From contig NC_052146.1 in the NCBI RefSeq assembly GCF_902713615.1, positions 297,112,000-297,175,999 on the forward strand: 64,000 bases of DNA, given 5' to 3'. The translations under genes and the position numbers were made by a program. Below, piece by piece: positions 52,674 to 64,000 of this stretch; position 1 is the stretch's first letter, and every line of letters starts with the position of its first letter. The notes under the pieces were generated by a model that made no database searches, was not told where the DNA came from, and worked only from the letters and a program-made list of their open reading frames with translations. Source of the DNA: Scyliorhinus canicula (Eukaryota).

Positions 52674-53162
52674 GTAAGGTGGATGCCACAGATAGTTTCA
52701 AACGTAAGTGGAATCCTAAAGTGCAAAAGCGACTGACCGACCATAATTTATGACACATCTATTGATTATGATTATAACTTACATATCTAAAACGTAGGGA
52801 AACATTCTTGGGTTCCAATTTGATCTTGTGGAGACTTTAACTTTGATATTCTCCTATTCTGGTTAATTAATAACACTTTGATTAAATGGCGCGATAATAT
52901 ATGTCTGGAATCCTGTCCCCCCTCTCTGCCCCTTGGCGGAGGGGAGGGGTGAAGAAAAGAAACCTCCAGCACTGGTGCAAGATCGTTACAGCTCATGTTT
53001 CGCACCCATTCATGCAGCATAAATATAGTACTTAATCCGCGGAATAAAACGGGGGGAGAGTGATCTTAAAACATGTTTTTCATGCAGGCCTCAAATTTGG
53101 TGTGTCGTATGTGGGCTCTACAGAAGTATCTAAATCTAGGTCCGACTCTTGTTAGAGACCTT

Positions 53163-53501
53163 GTGCGGGATTCTCCGATCCCCCGCCGGGCCGGAGAATC
53201 GCCGGGGGGGGGGATGAATCCCGCCCTCGCCGGCTGCTGAATTCTCCGGCACAGGGATTTTAGCGGGGACGGGAATCGCGCCGTGCCGGTCGGCGGCTGG
53301 GATGATGCCAGTACATACTGGCGCTCCCGCGCATGCGCCAAATTGCGCCAGCCGGCGAAGGTCCTTCGGCGCCGGTTGGCATTGCGCCAAGCCACTTCCG
53401 CGCCAATTGGCACGGTGCCAACCCCGCCAGCGCCGGCCTATCCCCTGAAGGTGCGGAGGATTCTTAACCCCTTGTTTCTCAAGGCCTTGAGAATCCCACC
53501 C
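53163..53501. mobile_element. Harbinger-like MITE
   Basis: TIR GTGCGGGATTCTC / GAGAATCCCACCC, TSD CTT. Confidence 0.72.
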
Positions 53502-53916
53502 CTTGTTAGAGAACAATGCTATTTTGTATGGATAAATTTGAAAGGCATGATCTGCTCTGTTGGTATCAGGCGTTGAGTGACCCAGCCAGCAGGCCTTGAC
53601 AGGTCAGAAAATGGGACCCACAGATTTTTATAATCTTTGTAAGACCAGGAGGATGTCTGTTGCTGAGGGCTTCATTGCCCCTAAACCTCTCCTCCCAATA
53701 TACAGATGCCTCCTCCTCTCTCCTGCCCGATGTGTGCTCAATTTGAAAACAGCGGACTTCCGGTGGCGGCAATGCGGAAATAAGCCGCACGTTCGGCAGC
53801 TCCCCCTTTTTTTTGAGTTTTGGGCTCTGTTAAGAGCCCGCAACGGCGCTGTTTCGACTTTTCCCCGGGGGGGGGGGGGGGGGGGAAACACAGCCAGTGT
53901 GCCCAGCGGCCGGTGG

Positions 53917-54765
53917 ATGGACTGGACTCGCAGTGGAGCGGTCCAAAAATCGGTTTTACCTCGGAGAACGGCGAGAGGCAGAAAAAGCAAGCTGGCGGCA
54001 GGCGGGGAAGCGGCAGCAGCGTGGCAGCAGTGGGCGCGGGAGCAGCAGGAGCTGCTTCAGCGCTCCTTCAAGGAGCTCAAAGCCGAGATTTTGGAGCCGT
54101 TTCCGGCCTCGCTGGACAAGCTGGTGGCGACTCAGACGGCTCAGGTCGTGGAGATTCGGGAGCTGCGGCACAAGGCTTCGGAGAATGAGGATGAGCTTTT
54201 GGGCCTGGCAGTGAAAGTGGAGTCGCACGTGGCACTGCACAAGAAATGGCAGGCGAGGATGGAGGAGATGGAGAACCGCTCCCGCCGGAAGAATCTACGG
54301 ATTTTGGGCCTCTCGGAGGGGCTGGAAGGTTCGGATTTGGCGGCCTATATGGTCCTAATGTTCAACTCGCTGATGGGTGTGGGGTCGTTTCGTTGTCCCC
54401 TTGAGCTGGAAGGTGCCCATCGAGTGCTGCAGCGGAAGCCCAGGCCGAACGAACCGCCCAGGGCGGTGCTGGTCCGTTTTCACCGCTTGGTTGACCAGGA
54501 GTGCGTGTTGAGGTGGGCGAAGAAGGCAAGGAGCAACAGATGGGAGAACACGGACGTTCGGATTTTTCAGGACTGGAGCGCGGAGGTGGCGAGGACAAGA
54601 GCTGGCTTCAATCGAGCGAAGGGAATGCTCCACAGGAAGGGGGTGAAGTTTGGCCTTCTACAGCCGGCTCTCCTCTGGGTCACGTACAAGGACTGCCAGC
54701 TCTATTTTGACTCTCCGGAGGAGGCCTGGGCTTTTGTCCAGGCTGAGAACTTGGACTCGAACTGA
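53917..54765 (+). CDS. L1 ORF1p-like protein (282 aa from ATG 53917), frame intact
   Basis: Coiled coil then ENRSRRKNLRILGLSEG, AHR, PRAVLVRF, RIFQD motifs typical of L1 ORF1. Confidence 0.8.
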   Translation: MDWTRSGAVQKSVLPRRTARGRKSKLAAGGEAAAAWQQWAREQQELLQRSFKELKAEILEPFPASLDKLVATQTAQVVEIRELRHKASENEDELLGLAVKVESHVALHKKWQARMEEMENRSRRKNLRILGLSEGLEGSDLAAYMVLMFNSLMGVGSFRCPLELEGAHRVLQRKPRPNEPPRAVLVRFHRLVDQECVLRWAKKARSNRWENTDVRIFQDWSAEVARTRAGFNRAKGMLHRKGVKFGLLQPALLWVTYKDCQLYFDSPEEAWAFVQAENLDSN

Positions 54766-55422
54766 GGGCTGGAGGGAAATATACTTTGTTTGGAGGCTTT
54801 GCCCTCTTAGGTATCCTTTCGCCTATATGGGCTGTGTTTGCTGATGGTTGTTTCCTGTTTGTTTTCGCTATTTTAGTTATGGTTATTTGGGTTCTTTCGG
54901 GTTTTTTGGGGCTGTTGGATATTTATTGTGGTGCCTTTTTTGTTTTTTCCACTGGTGGGTTGGGGAGCAGGTTGGGGTCCCGATTGGTCATGTGTCCGTC
55001 TTTTTCCCACGTGTGGGGTCGAGGGTCGGGGCTCGGGTTGGAAGCGCGGGCTTCCCGCGCCGGAGGAATTGGGGGCGGGGCCGGCGCTGGTAGGGAGGGA
55101 TTGGTGGCTGTGTAGCATCCGGGGGGGGGGGGGGGTCGTGGTTATGGTGGGAGTAGCCGGGGTCAGCAGAAGTCAGCTGACTCACGGAAGCATAATGTTG
55201 GGGGTAACACAGCTGGGGGGGGCCCTAGCTTTTGGGGGGGGGGGGGGGGGTTGTGGGAGTTTGGACGGGGGGGGGGGGGGGTGCCGGGTTGTTGCTGCAG
55301 GGACTGTGAGGGAATGGATGGTGAAGGTGATGGAATGGATGGGGGGGTTGGGAGGGGGGTCTGCCACCGTGGGGAGCGGGCTTGGAGGGTTCCCTGGGCA
55401 AGTGGTGGGTTGAGGAAGGGCT

Positions 55423-55882
55423 ATGGCTGATCGGCGCAGAGGAAAGGGGACGGCCCCTCAGGTTCGGTTGGTCACATGGAACGTGAGGGGGCTGAATGGT
55501 CCGGTGAAGCGATCCCGGGTCTTGGCTCACTTGAGGGGGTTGGGAGCGGATGTGGCTCTGCTCCAGGAAACGCACCTCAGGGTTACAGATCAGAGGCGAA
55601 ATTCACCGAAGTACATCGTGACGCCCTTGACCGGCGGGCAAAAACGGCGCTGGTGACTCAGGCGTCGGGGCCCGCTTATCAGCCCGAAATCTCCCATCCC
55701 GAAAGGGTCAGCAGCGGAGTGACACTGTACGCGTCAGTTTCACCCGCTGCGGAAGTGGCGTGTCGGTTGACGTCGGGCAACATCATCAACGTCACCCGGA
55801 GAAACATGATATAAATAGAGCCCCCCCCCACCACCCCTACCCCCGGCACTCGAAGTAATTGATTTCACTCTCTCTCTTCACA

Positions 55883-55923
<41 letters not shown>

Positions 55924-58900
55924 ACCCCCGGCACTCGAAGTAATTGATTTTACTATCTCTCTTCACAAACCCTCCCCCCAACCCACCGGCACTCGAAGTA
56001 AGTGATTTATCTCTCTCTCTTCCCAACACCCCCAACAAGCCCCCCCCCCCCCCCCCCCCTCCTCCCCGGCACTCGATGTAAGTGATTTCACTCTCTCTCT
56101 TCACAACCCCCCCCCCCCCCCGGGCACTCGAAGTAGGTAATTTATCTTTCTCCCCGGCCTGTCACCCACCTCCAAGCTGAACGGCGTCAACCATCATCAA
56201 TGGTTGACGCCGTTATAAACCAACTTTGATTTTCGCCGACGTGACCCGTGGCCATGTCGGCGGGACTTTGGCCCATTCGGGTCGGAGAATAATTAAGCCT
56301 CAAAAAATAATGGCATCCCGCCGGCGCCAGCGGGCGGCGGGATTTAAAGAATGCCGTTTTATGGCGGGTGGGAGAATTTTGAACATGGCGGGAGCGGGAT
56401 TATCGGTGCCCCCGGGCGATTCTCCGACCCTGCGTGGGGTTGGAGAATTTCGCCCCAGGTGAGGCTAAGAAAAAGTTGGGTGGGACAGGTGTTTCACTCG
56501 GGGCTTGATGCAAAGAACCGTGGGGTGGCAAATTTGGTGGGTAAGAGCCTATTGTTCGTTGCGTCCAAAGTGGTGGCGGATAGTGCAGGTCGATATGTGA
56601 TGGTGAGTGGGAGACTTCAGGGGGAGTGGGTGGTCTTGGTTAATGTTTATGCCCCCAACTGGGATGATGCGGGCTTCATGCGGCGTATGCTGGGCCTGAT
56701 CCTGGACCTGGTGGGGGCGGAGTATTCGGCGATAGCCATTTCTGATCATGCTCCACATTTGGTGGACCTGGAGCTGGGGGAGGGGAAGGATCAGCGCCCG
56801 CTGTGGAGGTTGGATGTGGGGCTTTTGGCAGAGGAGGAAGTGTGCGGACGGATCCGTAGGGGTATAGAGGGGTATCTGGAGACCAGTGACAACGGGGAGG
56901 TGCAGGTTGGGATGGTTTGGGAAGCGCTAAAGGCAGTAGTTAGAGGGGAGCTGATATCTATTCTGGCGCACAGGGAGAGGGGGGAGAGGGTCGAGAGGGA
57001 GAGGCTAGTGGTCAGGGTGGATAGGAGATATGCAGACACCCTGGAGGAGGGGCTTCTGAGGAAGCGGCGCAGTCTCCAGGCGGTGTTCGACATTTTAACC
57101 ACTCGTAAGGCGGAGGCGCAGTGGAGGAGGGCATAGGGGGCGGTGTATGAGTACGGGGAGAAGGCAAGTCGGATGTTGGCTCACCAGATCCGGAAGCGGG
57201 GGGCAGCTAGAGAAAGTGGGGTAGCCACGGATGCAGGTGGGAACTTGGTGCTGGGTGGAAAGGACATCAATGGGGTGTTCAGATCCTTTTATGGGGGGCT
57301 GTACCGGGCGGTACCCCCCGGGAAGCAGGCGGGATGGCCCGTTTTTTGGATAGGCTGGAGTTTCCAAGAGTAGGGGACGAGCGGGTGGAGGGTTTGGGGG
57401 CCCCAATTGAGTTGGAGGATCTGGTAGAGGCGTTGGGAAGCATACAGACAGGGAAAGCGCCGGGGCCTGACGGGTTCCCGGTGGAATTTTACAAGAAATT
57501 TTCAGATTTGCTGGGCCCGCTGCTGGTGAGGACCCTGAATGAGGCTAGGGAGCGGGGGGGGGGGGGGCTCTGCCTCCGATGATGTCCAGGGCAATTATCT
57601 CTTTGCTCCTGAAGCGGGACAAGGACCCCCTTCAGTGTGGGTCTTATAGGCCGATCTCGCTCCTTAACGTAGATGTCAAGTTGTTGGCAAAGGTGCTGTC
57701 CAGGAGGGTGGAGGATGTGGTCCCCACGGTGATTCATGAGGACCAAGCGGGGTTTGTGAAGGGGAGACAATTGAATGCAAACGTGCGGAGGCTCCTGAAT
57801 GTTATGGTGATGGCGCCGGTGGCTGGGGAGTCAGAAATAGTGGCGTCCATGGATGCGGAAAAAGCTTTTGATATGGTGGAGTGGAGTTACCTGTGGGAGG
57901 TGTTGCGGAGGTTTGGGTTTGGTGAGGGGTTCATTAGCTGGGTGAGGTTGCTGTCCAGCTCCCCGGAGGTGAGTGGTGACGAATGGGAGGAGGTCGGAGG
58001 ACTTTCGGCTTTCCAGAGGGACGAGGCAGGGGTGCCCCTTGTCTCCCCTGCTCTTCGTGTTAGCAATTGAGCCCCTGGCCATAGCGCTGAGCAACTCGAA
58101 GATTTGGAGGGGGATTGTGCGGGGGGGGGGGGGGGGGGGGGACGCCGGTTGTCGCTGTATGCAGATGATCTGCTGCTGTATGTCGCGGACCTGGCTGAGG
58201 GGATGCCAGAGGTGCTGAGGATACTTGAGGAGTTTGGGGACTTTTCGGGATATAAGCTCAATGTGGGGAAAAGCGAGCTGTTTGTCCTGCATCCGGGGGG
58301 GGTCAGGAGAGGGAGATAGGGGAACTCCTGTTGAGGAGGGCTGAGAGGAGCTTTAGGTATCTTGGGGTCCACGTGGCTAGGACCTGGGGGGCTATGCATA
58401 GGCTTAACTTTTCGCGGCTGGTGGGGCAGATGGAGGAGGAGTTCAGGAGGTGGGATGCGCTGCCGCTCTCGTTGGCGGGCAGGTTCCAGTCGGTTAAAAT
58501 GACGGTGCTCCCGAGGTTTTTGTTTCTTTTCCAGTGCCTCCCCATATTGATCCCGAAGGCTTTTTTCAGAGGGGTGAATAAGTCGATTCTGGAGTTTGTG
58601 TGGGCGCGGAAGGCCCCGAGAGTAAGGAGGGTATTTTTGGAGCGAAGAAGGGAGGTAGGGGGCCTGGCACTGCCCAACCTGTATGGATATTATTGGGCGG
58701 CGAACGTGGCGATGATTCGCAGGTGGGTGACGGAAGGGGAGGGGGACGCATGGAAGAGATTGGAGGTAGCGTCCTGTGGGGGTACGAGTCTGGAAGCTTT
58801 GGAGACGGCCCCACTTCCACTCCCCCCAGCAAAGTACTCCACGAGTCCGGTGGTGGTTGCGTCCCTTAAAATCTGGGGACAGTGGAAGCGGCATAGGGGG

Positions 58901-59813
58901 GAAGTGAAGGCCTCAGTTTGGGCCCCGATACGGGCTAATCACCGTTTTGCGCCAGGGAGAACGGGGGATTTGGGAGTTGGCACAGGGCAGGCATCAGACA
59001 GTTTGGAGACCTCTTCCTTGATGGGAAGTTCGCGACTCTGGAAGAGCTGGTAGGGAAGTGGAACCTCCCCCCTGGGAACGCTTTTAGGTATATGCAGGTC
59101 AGGGACTTTGTTAAGAGGCAGATGGTGGAGTTTCCACGGCTGCCGCCAAGGGGGGTGCAGGACAGGGTGCTTTTGGGGACGTGGGTCGGGGAAGGGAAGA
59201 TCTCGGCTGTCTACCAGCTGATGCAGGAGGAGGAGGAGGCCTCAGTAGATGAGCTCAAAGCGAAATGGGAAGAGATTGAGGATGGGACGTGGTCGGACGC
59301 CCTGGAGAGATGAATTCTTCCTCCTCTTGCGCACGGCTCAGCCTAATTCAGCTGAAGGTGCTGCACAGGGCTCACATGACGGGGGCAAGGATGAGCCGGT
59401 TTTTTGGAGGGGAAGACAGGTGTGGGAGGTGTTCGGGTGGCCTGGCAAACCACACCCATATGTTTTGGGCATGTGCGGCCCTGGAGGAGTTTTGGAAGGG
59501 GGTGGCGGGGATTTTGTCGGAAGTGGTTGGGTCTAGGGTCAGGCCGGGCTGGGGGCTCGCGATCTTTGGGGTAGCTTCGGAGCCGGGAGTGCAGGAGGCG
59601 AGAGAGGCCGGCATTCTGGCCTTTGCGTTTCTAGTAGCCCGGCGCAGGATTCTGTTACAGTGGAGGGATACGCGGCCCCCGAGTTCGGAGACCTGGGTCA
59701 ACGACATGGCTGGGTTCCTCAAGTTGGAGAGGATGAAATTTGCCCTGAGGGGGTCGGTACAGGGGTTCTTTCGGCGGTGGCAGCCCTTTCTCGATTTCCT
59801 GGCGAAGGGGTAG
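55423..59813 (+). pseudogene. L1 ORF2 (APE-RT-CCHC), disrupted
   Basis: TWNVRGL, LQETH, NVYAPN, SDH; KAPGPDGF, YRPISLL, DAEKAFD, TRQGCPLSP, LYADD; CGRC...HMFWAC; MITE insertion, EN deletion near 56710, several frameshifts and stops. Confidence 0.9.
55594..56455. mobile_element. PIF/Harbinger-like MITE inserted in L1 ORF2
   Basis: TIRs AGGCGAAATTCACC / GGAGAATTTCGCCC, 3-bp TSD CAG; removal restores ...VTDQ-VRLRKSW. Confidence 0.8.
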
Positions 59814-59949
59814 AGAGTGGTCGGTCTCGGCTTTTGCTCAAGGATTTTATTTTATTTTATGTGGAAAATGCCTTTATTTTTTCAAACCTAAGTAACATAG
59901 GGTGAGGAATCAGCATTTCTGTTTTGTTTCCCCCCCCCCCCCAATTCAG

Positions 59950-60059
59950 GTAATCCAGGTGCCACAGGGAAAATACAAAGTTCTTCCACCAGAGAGGACA
60001 AAAGTTGGGGCTTATCCGGTTGCTCTGATACCAGGCCAGTTTCAGGAATATTACAAAAG
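59950..60059 (+). CDS. PHF10: PHF10 exon 7
   Basis: [36 protein letters not shown]; attcag / gtgaaa, 110 bp. Confidence 0.95.
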
Positions 60060-60744
60060 GTGAAAAGAAAAACTTGATTTTTTTTTTTAAAACCCTGTGT
60101 AAAAGAGCCTTTTACCGCTAGGCCCCCTACCTCCCTTCTTTACTTTTGGTTGCACAGTGAAATATTTTTACAAAAAGTGCAACTTGTAAAGGAACATTTT
60201 CATGTCTGTATTCTTTATGTTTTCAGAAAACCATCATATATTTGTTTATAAATACTTCAGTCGGGCAGCACGGTGGCGCAGTGGGTTAGCCCTGCTGCCT
60301 CACGGCACCGAGGTCCCGGGTTCGATCCCGGCCCTGGGTCACTGTCCATGTGGAGTTTGCACATTCTCCCCGTGTCTGCGTGGGTCTCACTCCCACAACC
60401 CAAAGATGTGCAGGGCAGGTGGATTGGCCACGCTAAATTGCCTCTTAATTGGAAAAAATGAATTGGGTACTCTAAATTTATTTTTTTTAAAATAAATACG
60501 ACAGTTGACAAATAACAGAAAAATAATGAAGGAACATTTATATGTGTAGCACCATACATATCTTCTGGACATCACAAAGGGGTTCTTCTGAAGGGCAGTT
60601 GCTGTTAACATGTAAGCAACGTTATAACTAATTTGCGTACAGCAGGGTGTCTCAAACAGGAAAATAGATGAATCTCCAGTTAATCTGTTTTGGTTGATGG
60701 GTAAATGTTGATCAAGCATAAACTTAAGTTAGATTAGGTCCGCA

Positions 60745-61788
60745 GGCTTGTATTTTTCAGATGGTGGGGGCTCAGCCCTCATTGTCTGGTGGTTCAGTGG
60801 GGAACACATCCCCGCTGACTCCAATAGGCCGGCTGCCATTTTATCCTCGAACGAGCGTTGATTGGCAACAGGCGGGATTTCTGTCCTTCATGGGAATAAG
60901 TCCACCTTGGAGAGCTGCTGGCGAATCAGATTGGCAGGGAGCTCTCCAGGCACAGCGCTGCAGTGACCAGAAGAGGCACTGTACAAGGTGTCTGGCGCGA
61001 AGTGTCAGGACATTGAGGCTAATTGCTGGGTCCCTGGCTAGGGGAGGGTAAGATATACCTGGGTGGGTCACAGTAGGGTGGTTGGGATCCTGGAGGATAG
61101 GCTAGGGGGCGAGAAAGATCAGGAGGAGTCCGGGCCCTCATTGGAGGGTACCCGTCGTTAGAAGTGGGCTTCTGATGTAGCCTCCCTGTTTTTTTCCCTG
61201 ATCTGCCACCTGCCAGACTAAGAATTGAGGTTCGATGGGAAACGGCCCTTAAGTGGCAACTTAAAGGTCTTAATTGAGGCAAAGGCAGATGTACTTCCGA
61301 GGCCCTGTCTGCCCCAGGGTGAAATTGCTAACAGTTCGGGGCAGACTGGATCCGAACTTCATAACTGCGTTTGTCTCATCAGACAAGGGGTTCCAACGGC
61401 CTTTGGCGCCACGCCGATCGGCGTCAGGGCTGGCTGAAAGGCCTTCGCCAGTCGGCATGAGTCCGCGCATGCGCCGGAGCGTCAGCGGCCGCTGACGTCA
61501 CCACCGGCGCATGCGTGGTGGAGGGGGTCTCTTCCGCCTCCGCCATGGTGGAGGCCATGGTGGCGGCGGAAGAAAAAGAGTGCCCCCATGGCACAGGCCC
61601 GCCGGCCGATTGGTGGGCCCCGATTGTGGGCCAGGCCACCATGGGGGCACCCCCCGGGGCCCGCTTGCGTCGCCTGCTCCCACCGGCACAGAGGTGGTTT
61701 AAACCACGTCGGCGGGAGAGGCCTGACAGCGGCAGGACTTGGGCCCGGCCAATTCCCCGACCCTGCAGGGGGTCGGAGAATTCTGCCC
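60745..61788. mobile_element. Composite of two truncated GC-rich MITE fragments
   Basis: Right TIR GGAGAATTCTGCCC at 61788; 61395-61788 resembles the 5504-6124 family; junction holds a 41-bp copy of 62701-62741. Confidence 0.55.
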
Positions 61789-62065
61789 CAGCTGTTTGAT
61801 TTCCAGGTTTCCCGAGGCTGTCAAAAGGACAATGGATCTAAGATCTAGTCCTGTAGTCAAATTCGTAAGCACAGGGTCAGAATTGTACAGATACCGAGAG
61901 ACAAACGCGAATTCTGTCCGAGAGAGCTCTTCTGACAACCTGCAGTATTTTGGTCGGATGTTTCGCACAAATTAAAACCCAAGGAGGTGACATACAGGAA
62001 AATAAAATGTTTGCAAAATGGCGAGCATTGGGTCAAATTACAGTGGTGCTTAATTATCTACCTAG

Positions 62066-62222
62066 GTATTCCCCCAATGAGCTGCGTTACCTGCCTGTAA
62101 ACACAGCCTTGTACGAACCACCTTTGGACCCAGAATTGCCAGCACCCGACAGTGATGGAGACTCTGACGATGCAGAAGATGGGCGCGGTGAAGATGAGCG
62201 GAAGGAAGACAAAGGCTTATCG
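62066..62222 (+). CDS. PHF10: PHF10 exon 8; gene continues beyond window
   Basis: [39 protein letters not shown]...GLS; cctag / gtaaga, 157 bp. Confidence 0.95.
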
Positions 62223-63336
62223 GTAAGAAACCAGCTGAAGAACCTGGACGGTACTTATATCTCTGTTTCTGTAAATTTAAAAAAGCCCAGCCTATTCTGC
62301 ACGAATGTGTATATTGTATAAATGGATTAACAAAAAGACCGAATCAAATTCCATTCTAGTCCGATACAATCTGCTTCTGCTAAGTGTGTAGCAAATAAGT
62401 GTGTACTTTGGCTAAGTGTATAGAATAATGCTATTACTATTGGTATAAATATTAGGAATAATTTATATTATTACATCTGCACACAACTTCTAGCAGCCAG
62501 TGATGTGACGTCAGAACCTCGTACGGTAACGCTGCGAACGAGGTTCTTGCTACAGTTAATGGCAGCGGCCTAGTAAGTGGAAAACTTGACTTTTAAACCC
62601 ATTCTTAATGTTCAGAATTAATTTTGTGCCAGTGGTCAGATAGTAGAGGTGTTTTCTCATCTATTCAACATTCATTATTCGATGCTGCGACTCCTGTTTT
62701 GAACTTCATAACTGCGTTTGTCTCATCAGACAAGGGGTTCCTATTAAATGGGTTTGCTGTAACTAAGTTGAGTCAGTTTCTAATTTTGAAGATAAGATCT
62801 CATTAAAGGTCGTACCTCGTTGATAAGCCGTTTTGCAAATTTTTGTGCTTTTTAAATCGAAATCATCACTCGATCAGGCATTTATTTTCTTTTGGAAAGT
62901 TGCCATGCTGATATTCATCTATCTATCTGCCTATGGTGCTCATATAAAATGCTTGATTACATTTTCGGAAACTTTCAGGGGTGGCACGGTGGTTAGCACT
63001 GGTGCCTCACAGCGCCAGGGGCCTGGGTTCGATTCCGACCTTGGGTGATTGTGTGGACTTTGCACAGTCTCCCCGTGTCTGCATGGGTTTCCTCCGGGTG
63101 CTTCGGTTTCCTCCCACAGTCCAAAGGTTAGATGGATCGACTACGCTAAATTTCCCCTTAGTGTCTGGAGATGTGCAGGTTAGATGGAGTTGCGGGATTG
63201 AGGCTGGGGAGTGGACCGAGGTGGTATGCTCTTTCGGCGGGTAGGTGCAGAATTGATCGGCTGAATGGCCTCCTTCTGCACAGTAGGAATTCGATGAATT
63301 CTATGAATATGAAAAGCATAACTCCTTTGGAAACAA

Positions 63337-64000
63337 TCATAGAGTCATAGATGTTTACAGCATGGAAACAGGCCCTTCGGCCCAGCTGGTCCATGCTGCC
63401 CAGTTTCTATCACGAACCACTTGCCCGCATTTGGCCCATATCCCTCTATACCCACCCTGCCCATGTAAATGTATAACTGCTTTTTAAAGGACAAAATTGT
63501 ACCTGCCTCTACCACTGCCTCTGGCAGCCCGTTCCAGATGCTCACCACCCTCTGTGTGAAGAAATTTCCCCTCTGGTCTCTCTTGTATCTCTCTCCTCTC
63601 ACCGTAAACCTGTGCCCTCTAGTTCTAGACTCATCTACCTTTGGGAAAATACTTTGATTATCTACCTTATTGATGTTCTTCATTATTTTGTAGACCTCTA
63701 TAAGATCACCCCTAAGCCTCCTACGCTCCAGGGAGAAAAGTCCCAGCCTATCCAGCCTCTCCTTATAAACTCAGACCATCAAGTCCTGGTAGCATCCTCA
63801 TAAATCTCTTCTGCACTCTTTCTAGTTTAACAATACCCTTCCTATAATAGGTTGACCAGAACTAAACACAGTATTCCATGTGTGGTCTTACGAATGTTTT
63901 GTACAACTTCAACAAGACGTCCCAACTCCTATATTTAGTGTTCTGATCAATAAAACGTAGCATGCTGAATGCCTTCTTCACCACCCTGTCCGCCTGCGAC
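63337..64000 (-). mobile_element. CR1 3' fragment, runs off window
   Basis: SRTRGHRF...FFTQRVVSIWNGLPE. Confidence 0.8.

Larger units (their letters stand above)
53754..59830 (+). mobile_element. Near full-length L1-clade LINE in PHF10 intron 6 (sense), 3' UTR/poly(A) absent
   Basis: 5' end GGACTTCCGG with CpG-rich UTR, ORF1, spacer, ORF2 with EN-RT-CCHC. Confidence 0.9.

Noticed and set aside
53596-53916. N-terminal 107 aa of the 389-aa ORF
   Set aside because: Starts at a non-ATG codon outside the L1 and crosses its 5' UTR and a poly-G run
57887-58894. 335-aa minus-strand ORF
   Set aside because: Antisense shadow of G-rich L1 ORF2

Overview
Vertebrate genomic DNA, most likely a shark/catshark (inferred from HE1/V-SINEs, DeuSINE-type remnants, shark-type CR1s and protein divergence). 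It carries the conserved gene block ERMARD (- strand; five coding exons 9723->751 plus a probable non-coding first exon) / DYNLT2 (TCTE3) (+ strand; complete 4-exon CDS, 232 aa) / PHF10 (+ strand; exons 1-8, continuing past the window). ERMARD and DYNLT2 share a bidirectional CpG-island promoter at about 15.75-16.2 kb. All exons were assembled by hand from GT-AG boundaries with consistent phases; gene identities rest on my recall of the human proteins. The rest is mostly nested repeats: a full-length disabled Gypsy LTR retrotransposon (27816-32624, 5-bp TSD), a near full-length sense-strand L1-clade LINE in PHF10 intron 6, CR1 and Penelope-like (PLE) fragments, Harbinger-like and hAT MITEs, and many SINEs. 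Most interesting: (1) the Gypsy element lacks a tRNA PBS and instead has a 13-nt PBS complementary to its own LTR, closing a branched fold, and its RT reads YLDN; (2) three PLE families carry minimal hammerhead ribozymes, including 130-210-bp fold-back insertions and a family with a compensatory U3-A8 core; (3) a diverged, hairpin-rich intronic module is duplicated on both sides of PHF10 exon 5, and intron 8 holds a structured island from which 41 nt were copied exactly 1.35 kb upstream; (4) one V-SINE body occurs with three different 3' tails and insertion signatures.
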